Made by a program: the position numbers and the translations under genes
Notes under the pieces: generated by a model
What the model was told of the DNA's origin: nothing
The model's database searches: none
The model's input: the letters and a program-made list of their open reading frames with translations, nothing else
In this document: positions 46,420 to 59,345 of the stretch, piece by piece
Layout of the letters: every line of letters begins with the position of its first letter
Position numbering within the stretch: position 1 is the first letter of the stretch
Assembly (NCBI RefSeq): GCF_964194155.1
Contig: NC_135895.1
Span: forward strand, 9,424,001-9,488,000
Reading direction: 5' to 3'
Source: Cetorhinus maximus
Lineage: Eukaryota
Length of the DNA stretch: 64,000 nucleotides

Positions 46420-47245
46420 GCATCCACCACCCTTTCAGGCAGTGCATTCTAAAGGGTAATAGCTCATTACACAATAAATGCTATCATCTCCTCTCTGGCA
46501 CTTTTGCCAACCCTTAATCTTCTCAATTATAGGGAACAGAAGCCACAACGTCTTTAATCAATCTCTCTAACTGTAATCCCCCACCCTGGTAATATGTTGG
46601 GGAATCTATGGAGGACTTCTTCTGTGGTGTTTTATATTTTTCTTATAATGGGATTCCCAAAACCCAATACAGAACCCCCACAGATTGCTCTCAGGTCCTT
46701 GTAGAAATTTAACATTGCTTTCGAGGCCTAGAGAAACAAAGCCTAACTCAATCCTTCCTTTCACCAGACTGTTTCCAGTGACGGCAGGATTGTCGTATGA
46801 GGAGAGATTGGGCTGACTAGACCTGCACTCACTGGAGTTTAGAAGAATGAGAGGAGGTCTCATTGGCACATGACAGGGATGGACCGACTGGATTCAGGGA
46901 TGATGTTTCCTCAGGCTGGGGGTGGGGGCACCTAGAAGAAGGGGTCACAATCTCAGGATGTGGGGTAGGCCATTTAGGACTGAGATGAGGAGAAACCTCT
47001 TTAGTCAGAAGCTGGTGAACCTGTGGAATTGTCTACCACAGGAGGCTGTGGAGGCCAAGTCACTGAATATATTTAAGCAGAAATAGATAGATTTCTGGAA
47101 TCTAAAGGCATCAAAGGGTATGGGGAGAGAGCGGGAGTATGGCGTTGAGACAGAGGGTCAGCCATGATCATATTGAATGGCGGAGTAGGCCCGAAGTGGC
47201 GAATGACCTACTCCTGCTCCTATTTTCTACGTTTCTATGTTTCTT
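46420..47245. mobile_element. CR1 fragments: old minus copy (~46420-46760) and plus 3' end (~46760-47245)
   Basis: gaggagagattggg...ggagtttagaagaatgagagg; tail closely similar to 16330-16777. Confidence 0.85.
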
Positions 47246-47260
47246 TAATCTTCGGGATAT

Positions 47261-47390
47261 TGGCTAGAATCTTCCAGCCCCTCCCACCAGGTGGGATCTT
47301 CCAGTCCCGCGGAAGTCGAGGGCCTTTTGAACGGCTCGGCGCATTTTCCGGGCTCACCCCTGCTGCTCCGGGGCCGGAAAATTCCAGCCT
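47261..47390. mobile_element. Short (~130 bp) MITE
   Basis: TIRs ggctagaatcttcc / ggaaaattccagcc. Confidence 0.75.
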
Positions 47391-47914
47391 CTGCTTCCGT
47401 TTCTCGGATCTCATTGTGAGTAAAATGGCCGCCACATTTGCCTTCAAAACAACAGTAATTACATTTGTAAACTAATCGATGGGCTATGAAGTGCTTTGGG
47501 ATTTACTGAGGATGTGAAAGATGCAACTTCATTATATGTGTCTATTAAATATTTAATAAAGAGAACAACCATAATGGACTGGTTCTCACTTTCTTAGATA
47601 CCCCACCACTAGTAATTTTGGCTGTAAAGGAAGGCTGAAGGAGGCTTTTCATATGGGATGGGAAATAAACAAATGCACAAAACTTTTCACAATTTTTACA
47701 ATGCATGTTCATTCCTAGTGGATTTACCAATTCATATGGGTATAGTGCAAAACTGATTGTTGACTCCTACTTCAGACAGACACATGCAAAAAATACAAAT
47801 GCATGTTTTACTTTAGTTAAAAGGAGGCTGGCTTAGCCTCCACCCCAGCGTGCACAAGCTCCTTCTCTGTCCTGAAATATGAGTACGTGTGAAAATGAGA
47901 GAGTGAGGGACTAT

Positions 47915-48730
47915 GGGCTGAATTTTTATCAAGTCGGGATGACTCAGGAGCCCTATGAAAATGGCGGACGGGTCCTGATTCTTGGATTCCTGACCCATTC
48001 TTGGGCTGTCTGATTTACGTGAGTGCCTTTAAAAGGTGCGGGCTAGCATGGGACAAGTGCCCACACTCAACACTCCCACCCTGGCCGGCTCCATTGCAAG
48101 GATAGGCACGACCTACTCCTCCACAATTTTCATGCAGTCGAGCCAGATTTTCAAGAGTTGTGGCTCGCAGCCCTTCAGAGAAGTCATGAACCGTGGTCTG
48201 CATGAGGAGACCTTTTAAAAGGTCCTCCTCTTGGCCCATATGCCAGGGTAAGGCCCCCCAACCTCATGGTCCCTCATACCCCCAATGCCAAACTATGCCC
48301 CTCCACCCACCCCATGGTCCCTCATACCCGTGCCAAGCTATGGTACTCCACCCACCCCCTCAAGCCCTCGTACCTCCTATGCCAAGCTATGGCGCATCCA
48401 AGCCCATTGGCACACTCTACACTGTACAGAACCAATTAACTCTATAGTGATGGTAGGATGTATACAAAAAACTTTTTAAAAAAGTCATTCATTCATTACT
48501 TTCCACTATATTCAAAAAAAGTTATTTTACTACAAGGCAATAAAAGTATCAATCATTTAGACCCTTTAAAGTATCAATAACATAATCCACAAGACCTGGA
48601 AACCACTTAACCTTGTGTAAATCAACATCATGAAATTGAGTGTAGAGATCAGAGACCCAGAGCTGTCAATCAAGCAATGTTTTCCCTGGGACGCAGTTGT
48701 TTCAACAAGAGTAATGGATGTCTGAGTCTC
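47915..48730. mobile_element. One end of a larger Harbinger-like element with internal tandem repeats
   Basis: Starts gggctgaatttt; imperfect repeats catggtccctcataccc...tgccaa.ctatg at ~48255-48395; right TIR not found. Confidence 0.5.
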
Positions 48731-48739
48731 TATGTATGC

Positions 48740-49320
48740 AGGTCAGATGCTGGGAATTCTGCTACGAGTAACTCACCTCCTGACTCCCCAATGCCTGTCC
48801 ACCACCTACAAGGCACAAGTCAGGAGTGGGATAGAGTACTTTCCACTTGGCTAGATGATTGAAGCTCCAACAACACTTAAGAAGCTTGACATCATCCAGG
48901 ACAAAGCAGTCCACTTGATTGTCACCCATCCACCATCTTCAATATTCACTTCCTCCACCACCAACGCACAGTGGCAGCAGTGTTTACCACCTACAAACTG
49001 CATTGCAGCAACTCATCAAAGCTCCTACGACAGCACTTTTCAAACCTGTGACCTCTACCACCTCAAAGGGCAGTGCAGCAGATGCATGGAAACACCACCA
49101 CCTGCAAATTCCCCTCCAAATCACACACCATCCTGACTTGGAACTATATCGCCGTTCTCTCACTGTCGCTGGATCAAAACCCTTGAACTCCCTCTCTAAC
49201 AACACTACAACACATGGACTGCAGCAGTTCAAGAAGGCAGCTCGCCATCACCTTCTCAAGGGCAATTATGGATGAGCAATAAACACTGGCCTGGTCCGAT
49301 GCCCATATGCAGTGAAAGAA
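48740..49320 (+). mobile_element. LINE-B 3' fragment
   Basis: APTTLKKLDIIQDKAVHLI and tail caagggcaattatggatgagcaataaa. Confidence 0.9.
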
Positions 49321-50059
49321 TATAAAAGTTGCCTATTCTAAGCAATAACAACATGAAATTCTAACAATATTTCATTTCCCAAGAAAAATTGAAATTGGAA
49401 ATAGTCCTTGCCCACCTGGGGTGTCTAGGTTCTCTGGCTGAAGGCACATTATTACTAGCAACTGCTTCTGATTCAGCAGGTTTTCTCTCCAGAACATCAT
49501 TGCAGGGATTCAGGTTAACAACCCAATGAAGTGCTGAGAAATGCTGTCCAACATTCCATCCTTTGATTGAGACATTTACATTAGCCTGAACAGGGTTTAA
49601 AGATCTCATTATCACTGTGCACAGAAGTACGTAGTGTCCTGACCAATAGTCTCCTTCAACCACCACCACCAAAGACAGATCACCTAGCTTATTGTCTCGT
49701 TGCTGCTTGAGGCATTTTCCTGTGTGTAAAATGGCCACTGTATTTACCAATTTAATAAGAGTTACTAGATTTCAAATTAACTTATTGCAATAAAATCCTT
49801 TGAGATGTTTCAGAGACAAATTGCTACATGAGTAAAAGCCCTTCTTAGGTATACATAGATGAAAAACATACATTCTTATATGAGTAAGAAGATCGGAGGA
49901 TTGTTTTCAACATGGCGAATTAATTCAGAAGTAAAATACATCCTGCCTGATGTATTTGTTATGTACAAGCTCGCATTAGCACCCGATGAGCACGATTTCA
50001 TTTCCACTTGTGACTGTGTGCACAAGCCAGGGAAGCATATGGTCTTTAAGTCAACAAAA

Positions 50060-50212
50060 AGCGCACGCACACACATGCATAGCCGCATGCACACATACCC
50101 ACACAAGCATATGCACGCACACGTGCACATGCATGCCACCGCGCACATGCACAGCCACATGCACACACACACACGCATATGCACACACACACACACACAC
50201 ATTCGCGCACAC
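50060..50212. repeat. Degenerate (CA)n/(CATG) microsatellite
   Basis: gcgcacgcacacacatgcat...acacacacacacac. Confidence 0.9.
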
Positions 50213-50274
50213 AAAAAATCCAATTCACAGCCTCTCAAGTATGTTTAAATAAAACCCTCTTAAATATAATAGAT

Positions 50275-51215
50275 ACTAAAAAACAGAAAACACCTGAAAT
50301 ACTCAGCGGGTCAGGCAGCATCTGTGGAGATAGGAACAGTTCAGATTTCAGGTCTGTGAACTTTCATCAGAACTGGGAAAGTTGGAGATGCTAAGGTTTT
50401 AAGTGAGTGAAAGTGGGGAAGGTAGGAAAAAGAACCACAAGGGAAGGTCTGTGATGGGGCGAAAGACAGGGAAAGTTAAATGACAGAAGAGCTGGTGGTG
50501 CAAGACCAAAGTAAAGAAACAAATGGTGTGTCAAGAGGAGGTGTGAATGGCATAAAAATGACCAGCTTATGTCCGAAAGGAAAAACAAGAGAAAAACAGG
50601 ATTAGAACCAAAACCTGCAAAGAAAAGGAAACAGAATGGGGGCAGAGATTATGACCTGAAATTATTGAACTCAATGTTGAGTCCAGAAGGCTGCAAGTGC
50701 TTCATCAAAAGATGAGGTGCTGTTCCTCGAGCTTATGTTGCAATGCTGCAGCAGGCCAAGGACAGAGAGAGCAGAGTGGGAGCAAGGTGGAGAATTAAAA
50801 TAACAGGCAAGCGGAAGCTCAAGGTCATGGGGTTGTGGACTTAATGGAGGTGTTCCCCAAAATGGTCACCCAATCTCCATTTGGTCTCCCCAATGTACAG
50901 GAGACCACGTTGTGAGCAGCGAATGCAGTAGACTAAATTGACAGAAGTGCATTTAAATTGATGTTTCACCTGGAAGGAATGTTTGGGGCCTTGGACGGTG
51001 AGGAGAGAGGAGGTAAAGGGGTAGGTGTTGCATTTCCTGCACTTACAAGGAACATGCTGTGGGATAGAGATGGGGTGTTGGCAGTGATTGAGGAGCGGAC
51101 CAAGGTTTTTGGGGAAGGAACGCTCCCATCAGAATGCTGAAAGGGAAGTGGACGATGTGTTTGGTGGTGGCATCATGCTGGAGGTGCCGGGAATGATTCA
51201 GGGCCTCGGCAACTG
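50275..51215 (-). mobile_element. Penelope-like retroelement family A 3' part with decayed GIY-YIG endonuclease and terminal hammerhead (50342-50374)
   Basis: Minus strand NLVYCIRCSQRGLLYIGETKWRLGDHFGEHL (~50850-50940) and KLEEQHLIF..LQPSGLNIEFNNF; downstream agtt CTGATGA aagttc aca gacct GAAA. Confidence 0.88.
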
Positions 51216-51282
51216 ATGGCATGGCCACTGATGGTGGAACGGTTAAAATTGGGAATGCACAAGAGACCAAAATTGTTTACCA

Positions 51283-51391
51283 GGACAAAAACAGAAAATG
51301 ATGGGAAAACTCAGCAGGTCTAACAGCATCTGTGGAGAGAAAGACAGAGTTAACGTTTCGAGTCCATATGACTCTTCTTTAGAGCGGAAGG
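51283..51391 (-). mobile_element. 109-bp Penelope-like family A terminal insertion with 10-bp TSD
   Basis: ttgtttacca at 51273-51282 and 51392-51401; minus strand CTAAAGA a gagtc atatg gactc GAAA cgtt. Confidence 0.85.
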
Positions 51392-51404
51392 TTGTTTACC
51401 AAAA

Positions 51405-51800
51405 TTTCTATGCTTTTTCACTCTGCGCTTCTATCAATAATAAATCTGATGAACAGCCTTCTCAGCTTATCAAGCGACCTTGAAACTGTGTGCATGTATA
51501 CCTCCAGCTCTCTCTGCTCCTCCACCCCATTTAAAATTGTACTATTTAATTCCTAATGTTGCTCCTCATTCTTCCTCGCAATATGTAACATTGAACACTT
51601 CTCTCCATGAAATTTCACCTGCCGTGTCAGCCCATTTCACCAGCCTGTCTCCATCCTCTGCTGTTTCTATTCTCCTCATTGGTTGCCATATTTCTGAGTC
51701 TTATCTCATCTGCAAACTTTGAAATTATGCCCTGTACACCCAAGTGCAGGTAATTAATGTATAATCAAAGGAAGAAGTGGCCCTAATACCCAGTCTTTAA
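51405..51800 (-). mobile_element. Old CR1 RT fragment
   Basis: catctgcaaactt (reverse complement KFAD), gtcagcccatttcaccagcctgtc. Confidence 0.6.
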
Positions 51801-51894
51801 ACTTGGGGGCCAGTCTTTTGATACCCATGGGACCAAACCCCAGCACTACAGGAGAGGAGGATAATAGGATGGCAGAAAGGTTTAATGAAACGAA

Positions 51895-52275
51895 AGGCAA
51901 TTTGCAAGAGTACAAAATTGTAAAGGGAACAACAATTCATACCGCATGAGAAGAGAGTGCTGATTGTTTGGGGGGTGGACTCTGATTGGTAGCGGCTTTG
52001 GAGAATGCACCAGTTAACTGATAACTGCCAAGCTTTGATTAAATTCAATCCAGGCTTGGCAGCCTTGACAAAGCTTGGCAGTTAGCTGTCAGTTATCGGT
52101 TAACTGGTGCATTCTCAATAGCAGCATCTCTACCAGAGTCTGCTTGCCAACCAATCAGCACTCCCTTCTCATGCAGTATAAATTGTTGATCTCTTTACAA
52201 TTTTGTATTCTTGCAAATTGTCCTGGTAAGCGCGAGACGAAAAGTTTCAACAACATGTGTCTGTTTTCAGTGATA
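51895..52275. mobile_element. Penelope-like family B termini in divergent inverted arrangement
   Basis: Arms ~51895-52037 and ~52069-52223 are near reverse complements; right arm continues into a degenerate hammerhead at 52218-52253. Confidence 0.8.
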
Positions 52276-53499
52276 ATCAGGTTCTACGCTGCCAAAAGGC
52301 AACTTAGACAGCACACGTTCTCTTCTCCACAGCCTAATGAGCATGGTCAGGGTCATGAACTATAATATGTCTGAAGAAGAACCCATCGAGCTGGAGTGGA
52401 AGTCATCCTTAGTCTCAAGGGACTGTCTAAGAAGAAGGGATGTCTGATCATATTGGTAGGTTGTGATTTATAGACTTCATTTATAGATGAAGTGGACATC
52501 TTGGCCGGCACTGTTGGGTGGCAATCACTGAAATAGGGAGTGTTGCCATGTTTTGTTCTAAATCATTTAGAGTTAAGTGCAAAGCGAATACTCAGGATGG
52601 TAATCTTTTTTTATTGGATCTTCACAGAGAGGCCTCATCTCCTTGCAATCCCCCATCCAAGATATTCTGATTAGTATGCAACATATTGTACCTGATCCCT
52701 CAAAGGGAAGCCTCTGGGTGATACTGAGAGAAGATAAAGCCTTAACCCATATGTGTTCATGCCAAGTAGTTGAAACAATGATCCCTCAGGTCGGAGGAGG
52801 ATAAAGTGACCTTCCTGATTAAACACAGCCCCAGATCACAGGGTGCTGACCTTGATGAATGGACAAGACCACGATGTGTACCATTTGAAAATCTGGGCTC
52901 CTCAGTGGTGTATTAATAATAACACCCTTTCCAAGGGAGAACTTTGAAATGCTTTGTCTCAAAAAAAAATCGCCCTCAGAAGGGATGGTATCAGTGAAGC
53001 GTGCCATTATATTTTGTGAGGTCTGAGACTGTGAAGCCAATGCTTCCTCTAATAGTACTTTCAACAACAAGAACTGCCTAATTAACCCTCAACACTAAAG
53101 GATGACTTATTGCTGATTATCACAGGTTCTGCAGCAGGTAAAGACAGCTGCCTTGGGAAGCCAGCAATCTGATTAAGTAAATTCCAGTGAAAATTGCCAT
53201 AGCCAGCATTAGTCCGGTCCCAGATGATAATTTATCACGCAGGAGGTGTGGCCAATTATACTGAAGATTGTGCAGTCTTATTAAAGTTGCTCCAAGCAAC
53301 ATGTTGATGAGAAGCACATAATGGTGCATAAAGACTTAGCTCTTTGGGAGAATCGGTCAGCTCCATTTGCATTGGGCAGAGGGTGAAACATCCCTTGCAA
53401 CAGGAAATCCATGTGCCAGCCACACGGTTTTAATCTGACTATTAGTGTGTCCCTAGTAAACCTTAAATTTAATCTGCAATCCGACGTTTCATACGTATG

Positions 53500-54193
53500 G
53501 GGAAGAATTTTCCGGTCGGTGAGTGGGGGGCGGGGCCCACTCGCCGACGGGTAAAATGACGTGCGGCGATGTCGGGCGGGTGTCCCAACGTCACCGCCTG
53601 TCGTTTAGATTTTCGGTTCGGCGAGCGCGCAGCCGACACCGAACTATCGACGGCCTATTACAAACTAATTAAAACAGTTAACTGAGCTGCCCGTCCAACC
53701 TTAAGGTTGGCGGGTGGGGGGCAGGCGAAGAGCCCAGGCGGCCTTTGCATTTTTCATGGAACCTCATCCGCGGGCGGGATGAGGTTTCATGAAGTGTTTT
53801 AAAATTCAATAAAAATTATTTTAAAAATTCATTGACCATGTCCCAGCTCAGGTGACACTGTCACGTGAGGGGACATGTTTTAAAAGTTTTCTTTTTCCTT
53901 TATTTAAATTTTAAAACCTGAAGCTGATCTCCCTGAGGGGCACCTCCCTGCGCCTCAGGGAGATTTCTGCATGCGCGAAAGAGCGTAGGCCCCGACTCAG
54001 GGAATCTGCCCCCTCCCCACCCCACCCACCTGCCCGCACAGGGAGCGCTCAGCACTTCCAGGCACGTGTCATGCTGGGCTGGCCTTAATTGGCCCGCCCA
54101 CGTAAAATGGTGGCGCGGACCCGTTCAGGGGCGCCGATCGGGGTTAGGCCCGCTCCCGCACAACCCCACCCGATGGGGGGGGAAATTCAGCCC
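53500..54193. mobile_element. Harbinger-like MITE (same subfamily as 16778-17450)
   Basis: TIRs gggaagaattttcc / ggaaattcagccc; flanks ATG / ATT. Confidence 0.88.
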
Positions 54194-54744
54194 ATTGAGA
54201 GAAGGGAACATTGTCTGTAGTGTCGGGCTGGTTGGCCTAGCGAAGGTTTAAATAACAACTTTTTCCCTCACCATTTTTAGGTTAAAACATGTACGCACAA
54301 GAAACGGTGTACCTGTGTTTGTGTGTGTGTGTGTCTGTGTGTCCTATTCCTTAACTTTCCCATTAACGTTCAGAGAGTTTGATCAGGAAGATTGGGAATG
54401 AACCTGCGATTGCTGTATGTTATTTTATTTTTATTTTTCCCTTCCCACTAATAGGTTATCCGTCGCTATTGGAAGAATTCATTTTTAAAAGAGAAAGATA
54501 AATTATTCATTTTCAAACGCCAAAGAGAGCAGGGTTCTATAATATTGAACAAATATTCTCCTCTTTTCTAGATTAAAAAAAAAAATAATTCAATTCCCAC
54601 ATTTATTGCACACTCCAAAATGCCGGAAAACATGACAAATAAAGTGACAAGCATCAACATTTTCTGGAGTGAACACATCCAGGAACATCAACTGAAAATA
54701 AATCTTGCGCTGTCAATATTAGTATCCATCTCCAGATTTTCATG

Positions 54745-55160
54745 TCTCAGTCACACCCCAGTAGGTAACACTCTTGTCTCGGAGCTAGAAGCTCAGTTCT
54801 AGTCCCATTTCCGAGATTGGCATTTCAATGAAGCACTGTTCGAGAGCTACACTGTCAGAAGTGACGCCTTTCGGATGAGACGTTAAACCAAGGCTCCGTC
54901 TACTCTCTCAGGTGGACATAAAGGATCCCATAGCACCATGTCAAAGTAGAGCAGGGAGCTCTCCTCAGTATTCTGGTCAATATTTATCCCTCGACCAACA
55001 AACAACACTGAAAACATATTATCTGGTCACTTATTTCATTGATGCTCGTGGGACATTGCTATGCACAAAGTGATAGCCGCACTTCCTAGATTGTAGCAGT
55101 GGCCACATTTCTAAATTGATTGGCCTTGGGAGATCCTGAGGTTACGAAAGGTGTATTTCT
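54745..55160 (+). mobile_element. SacSINE1-like Deu-SINE
   Basis: ctttcggatgagacgttaaaccaagg...aaggatcccatagcacc...gtagagcaggg...tggtcaatatttatccctc. Confidence 0.82.
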
Positions 55161-55599
55161 TTGTTCATGCACATATGTGTTTTTGACACCTGCAAAGAAA
55201 AATGTTAGCTTAAACTCTCAGAGTCCAGGCAAAAGTTACACCGTGCCAGAATTAACTCAAAACATGTAACCGTTTGGATATACCAACACCTTAATATACA
55301 GGCAGATTTCCCTTTGCACTTTCAGTTTAATTAATTGTTTTTGAGCTGTCAGCTGTATTGGGGTTTGTCAATGTTTTTGAAGGAGCTTAGTTCTAGGTTT
55401 CTGTTATAATATGCCTTTAGAGGATAGCAGCATGACATCACTAGAAAGTGATCCAGACTTAGTTTCACTTTTGCTTTGTGCAGAGCGCACACACAAAGCT
55501 CTGGTGTCTTCAAGCTTTATACCTAGAACTGTTCTCATGTGCCTCGTCTAAACAAATGAACCCACAAAATGTTTACCAAACCCTTTGTAAGCGATTATG

Positions 55600-56685
55600 A
55601 CCTCGGGAGGTTTCTGATCATCACAGATGCCAGTCTTCAGCCTATTCAATTCACTCCATGTGATATCAAGAAATGGCTGAAGGCACTGGATATTGCAAGG
55701 CTATGGGCCCTGACAATATTCCGGCAATAGTACTGGAGATGTGCTCCAGAACTTGCTGCGCCTTTGGCCAAGCTGTCCCAGTACGGTTAGAACACTATGG
55801 GGAAGGTGGTGGCGTAGTGGTATTGTCACTGAACTAGTATCCCAGGGACCCAGGATAATGCTCTGGGAATGCTGGTTCAAATCCCACCATGGCAGATGGG
55901 GTGAAATTAGAATCAATTAAAACCTGGAATTAAAAGTCTGATGGTGACCATTGCTGACTGCCATAAAAAGCTATCTGGTCCACTAGTGTCCTTACCTGGT
56001 CTGGTCTGACTGTGACTCCAGACCCACAGCAATGTGGTTGACCCTTAAATGCTCAAATGCTCTCTGAACAAGGACAATTAAGGATGGACAATAAATGCTA
56101 GCCTAACCAGTGATGCCTACATCCCATGAATGCATAGGAAAAAATCTACCTGGCAATGTGAAAAGTTGTCCTGTACACAAAAAGCAGGGCAAATCCAACC
56201 CTGGCCAATTACTGTCCCATCAGTCTACTCTCAATCATCAGTAAGGGGTCATCAACAATGCAATCAAGTGTCATTTGCTTAGCAGAATTCTGCTCACTGA
56301 TGCTCAGTTTGGGTTCTGCCAAGGTCACTCACCTTCTGACCTCACTCATTATATCCTTGATTCAAAGATGGACAAAAGGGCTGAAGTCCAAAGGCGAGAG
56401 TGACTGCCCTTGACATCAAACCAGTACCATCTTGAAGGACAAGGGTAGCAGATAGATGGGAACACCACCACCTGGAAGTTCCTCTCCAAGGCATTCACCA
56501 TCCTGACTTGGAAATATATCACTGTCACTGGGTCAAAATCCTGGAACTCCCTCCCTAATGGCACTGTGGGTGTACCTACACCACATGGCCTACAGTGGTT
56601 CAAGAAGATGGCTCACCACCAAGGACTATGAGCGACGGGCAATAAATGCTGGCCTAGCCACTGATGCCTACATCCCATGAGCTAA
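55600..56685 (+). mobile_element. LINE-B RT and 3' fragments interrupted by a SINE-B (55798-56135)
   Basis: aaggctatgggccctgacaatattccggcaatagtactg (KA.GPDNIPA.VL); resumes at atctacctggcaatgtg; 3' end at 56420-56685. Confidence 0.85.
55798..56135 (+). mobile_element. SINE-B (short-junction variant)
   Basis: A box tggcgtagtgg, B box ggttcaaatcc; junction ctctctgaa|caaggacaattaaggatgg. Confidence 0.88.
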
Positions 56686-58044
56686 TAATAAATATTAAAA
56701 CACAACAGGTTGCTATGTTGGTTTAGCTGCTTTACTGAAAACAAAGAACTCTGTCCTACTTTCAATAGACTATGGAACTCCTCCCCTCAGTCAATCTATC
56801 CTTCCAACAATCTCTTGGATTTAAAAACCCTGGGTTTGATCTCACTGAATAACAATTTACTGATCTACATTATCTGTTCTGCCTGGGCTACGTCCAGTTT
56901 AACATTTAACCTGAAAGATGGCACCTCTGACAGTGCAGCATTCCATCAGTGCTAGTATTGGTGCATCAGCTGAGATATACTCTCTGGAGTTGGGCTTAAA
57001 CACAAAATCATCTGATTCAAGGCAAAAGTGCTAGGAACTGAACCACGTTTGACACTAATTAAGATATTAAAGTCGAAAAAGATATAAAACCATATTGGCA
57101 CAGCATGAGCAACATCCATGGAGTTCCCTATAAGTGGGACAGGAAGGACAAAAGAGTCCAGGCTGAAATCTAGACGGTTAGTTGCTGTGATTGGTTTCCG
57201 TGGAAGGATGAACTAGATGGGCCAAATGGCCTCTTCTCTCTCTTTCTTAGTGATCCTTGCAAAGCCTATAAATCATTTAAAACATTGGCGGGCTACTACA
57301 AAGGGACTCAACAAAAGTCGATGTCAACACAGCTGTTGTGAGTTTAACCAGGATGGGTAAATTGGGGGGGGGGTGCGCTCAAGCACAGAATTGCACAGGT
57401 CATGGCAATGGCAAAATAAGGAAATGTTGCTTTCCACATCACTGGAGTCTCTCAGCTGGCTGAATGCAGCCCCTCACTCCTAACATCGACATGCCAGGCA
57501 CAGCCACAATAAAGCACAGCAAACTGGATAGGAAATCGTTGCAGCATTTCTAACATCATATTTTCAGCGTTTACTTCCCCGCTGGCCGCAGCCTCCCCAT
57601 CCTGTCCCACATAGCGAGTGCCGACTAATATGAGGAATTATGACTGAAATACTGATCAAGGTTGAAACGTTCTCCTGGTTTTATTGCTTCTCTTTTTTAG
57701 TTCCATCCTGGTCAAACAGCATAGACCAAACGCCAATAATTCAAATTCCAGATCCTCATATCCAAAATCACCACATGCGCTGTCAGAAGACAGTTTGTAT
57801 ATATTATGTTGCAAAATCCTGCTCAGTTAATCCCATATTCAACTTGTCATACATGAATGTGCCCTTCCATCATTCCTTTGAATGAAGCCCACTGGGGTGA
57901 TGAATAATAATCACTGCTGTTGGGAGATTATAGGCCTATTTTCATTCACTGTATTCACCTGTTTAAAGTCATGTCCGCCAGGAATTGATGAGACAACGTT
58001 GTAAAATTCACCTGGGATTACAGGACCAGGATTTCATTTTTTTT

Positions 58045-58855
58045 TTAATCCATACACGGGATGTGGGCTTCCCTGACTGGGCCAGCATTTATTGCCCATT
58101 CCTAGTTGCCCTTGAGAAGATGGTGGTGAGCCGCCTTCTTGAACCGCTGCAGTCCATGTTGTGTAGGTACACCCACAATGCTGTTAGGGAGGGAGTTCAA
58201 GGATTTTGACCCAGCAACAGTGAAGAATGGTGAGCGTTTTGGAGGGGAACTTCCAGGTGGTGGTGTTCCCATCTATCTGCTGCCCTTTTCCTTCTAGATG
58301 GTAGTGGTTGTGGGTTTGGAAGGTGATGTCTAAGGAGCCTTGGTGAATTCCTGCAGTGCATCTTGTAGATGGTACACACTGCTGTTCCTGAGCGTCGGTG
58401 GCGGAGGGAGTGAATATTTGTGGATGTGGTGCCAATCAAGAGGGCTGCTTTGTCCTGAACAGTGTCAAGCTTCTTGGAGTGTTGTGGGAGCTGCACTATC
58501 CAGGCAAGTGGGGAGTATTCTATCACACTCCTGACTTGTGCCTTGTAGACAGTGGATAGGCTTCGGGGAGTCAAGAGGTGAGTTACTCGCTGCAGGATTC
58601 CTAGCCTCTGACCTGCTCTTGTAGCCACAGTATTTATTTGGCTAGCCCAGTTCAATTTCTGGTCAATGGTAACCCCCAGGATGTTGATAGTGGGGGATTC
58701 AGTCATGGTAATGCCATTGAATGTCAAGGGGGCGATGGTTAGATTCTCTCTTGTCGGAGATTGTCATTGCCTGGCTGTTGTGCGGCACGAATGTTACTTG
58801 CCACTTCTCAGCCCAAGCCTGGATATTGTCCAGGTCTTGCTGCATTTGGACATGG
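58045..58855 (-). mobile_element. LINE-B 3' fragment
   Basis: ORF 58197..58727 TFNGITMTESPTINILGVTIDQKLNW...RAGQRLGILQRV...YKAQVRSVIEYS. Confidence 0.93.
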
Positions 58856-59084
58856 AAGATATGAAAGACTGAGCCACTGTCAGGGAGCACATAGGACGCT
58901 GTCACTCCTCAGCTCCCCAAGTTCATACAACATGGCTTTGAAATGAGAAACTGTTCTGTGAAAGAGTGGCCACTCTGCTCCTCGTGGGCAGGGCAATAGT
59001 CCCCCACGCTGCCAACAGTCAGAAGCAGGCACATCCCGCAAATGCAGACTGCCAACCTCAATCAGGCTTTGTCATGATATGGGA

Positions 59085-59345
59085 GAGAAAGAGAAAAGGA
59101 GAGATAATGATGTCATATATGAGACAGAGTAAGGACAAATAAGAGTGAGAGAATGAACAAGTGAGTGGGTGTGAGAATGACTGAATGCAAGGGTGCAAGA
59201 GTGAGAACATGAAAGTACGCAAGTGTGAATAAGTGAGTGAGAGAGATTGTAAGAGAGTTGGTGAGAATGAATGAGTGTGAGAGTGTGAATGAACGGGTGA
59301 GTAAAAGTCAGTGGAGAGTGAGTGTACGAAAGAGGATGAAAAAGA
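59085..59345. repeat. Low-complexity (GAGT/GAAT)-like tract
   Basis: gagtgagagaatgaacaagtgagtgggtgtgagaatga... Confidence 0.75.

Noticed and set aside
48255-48395. CRISPR-like repeat array
   Set aside because: Only 2-3 imperfect tandem units without unique spacers, in a vertebrate transposon context with no cas genes.
49859-50252. His/Thr- and Cys/Val-rich ORFs
   Set aside because: They are translations of a CA microsatellite; the same applies to 211-420.
52375-52440. Possible RTE 3' end (gggactgtctaagaagaag)
   Set aside because: Too short, and supported only by recall.
55798-55890. Functional tRNA gene
   Set aside because: It has A/B boxes but no proper acceptor stem or T-run terminator, and continues into the SINE-B body.
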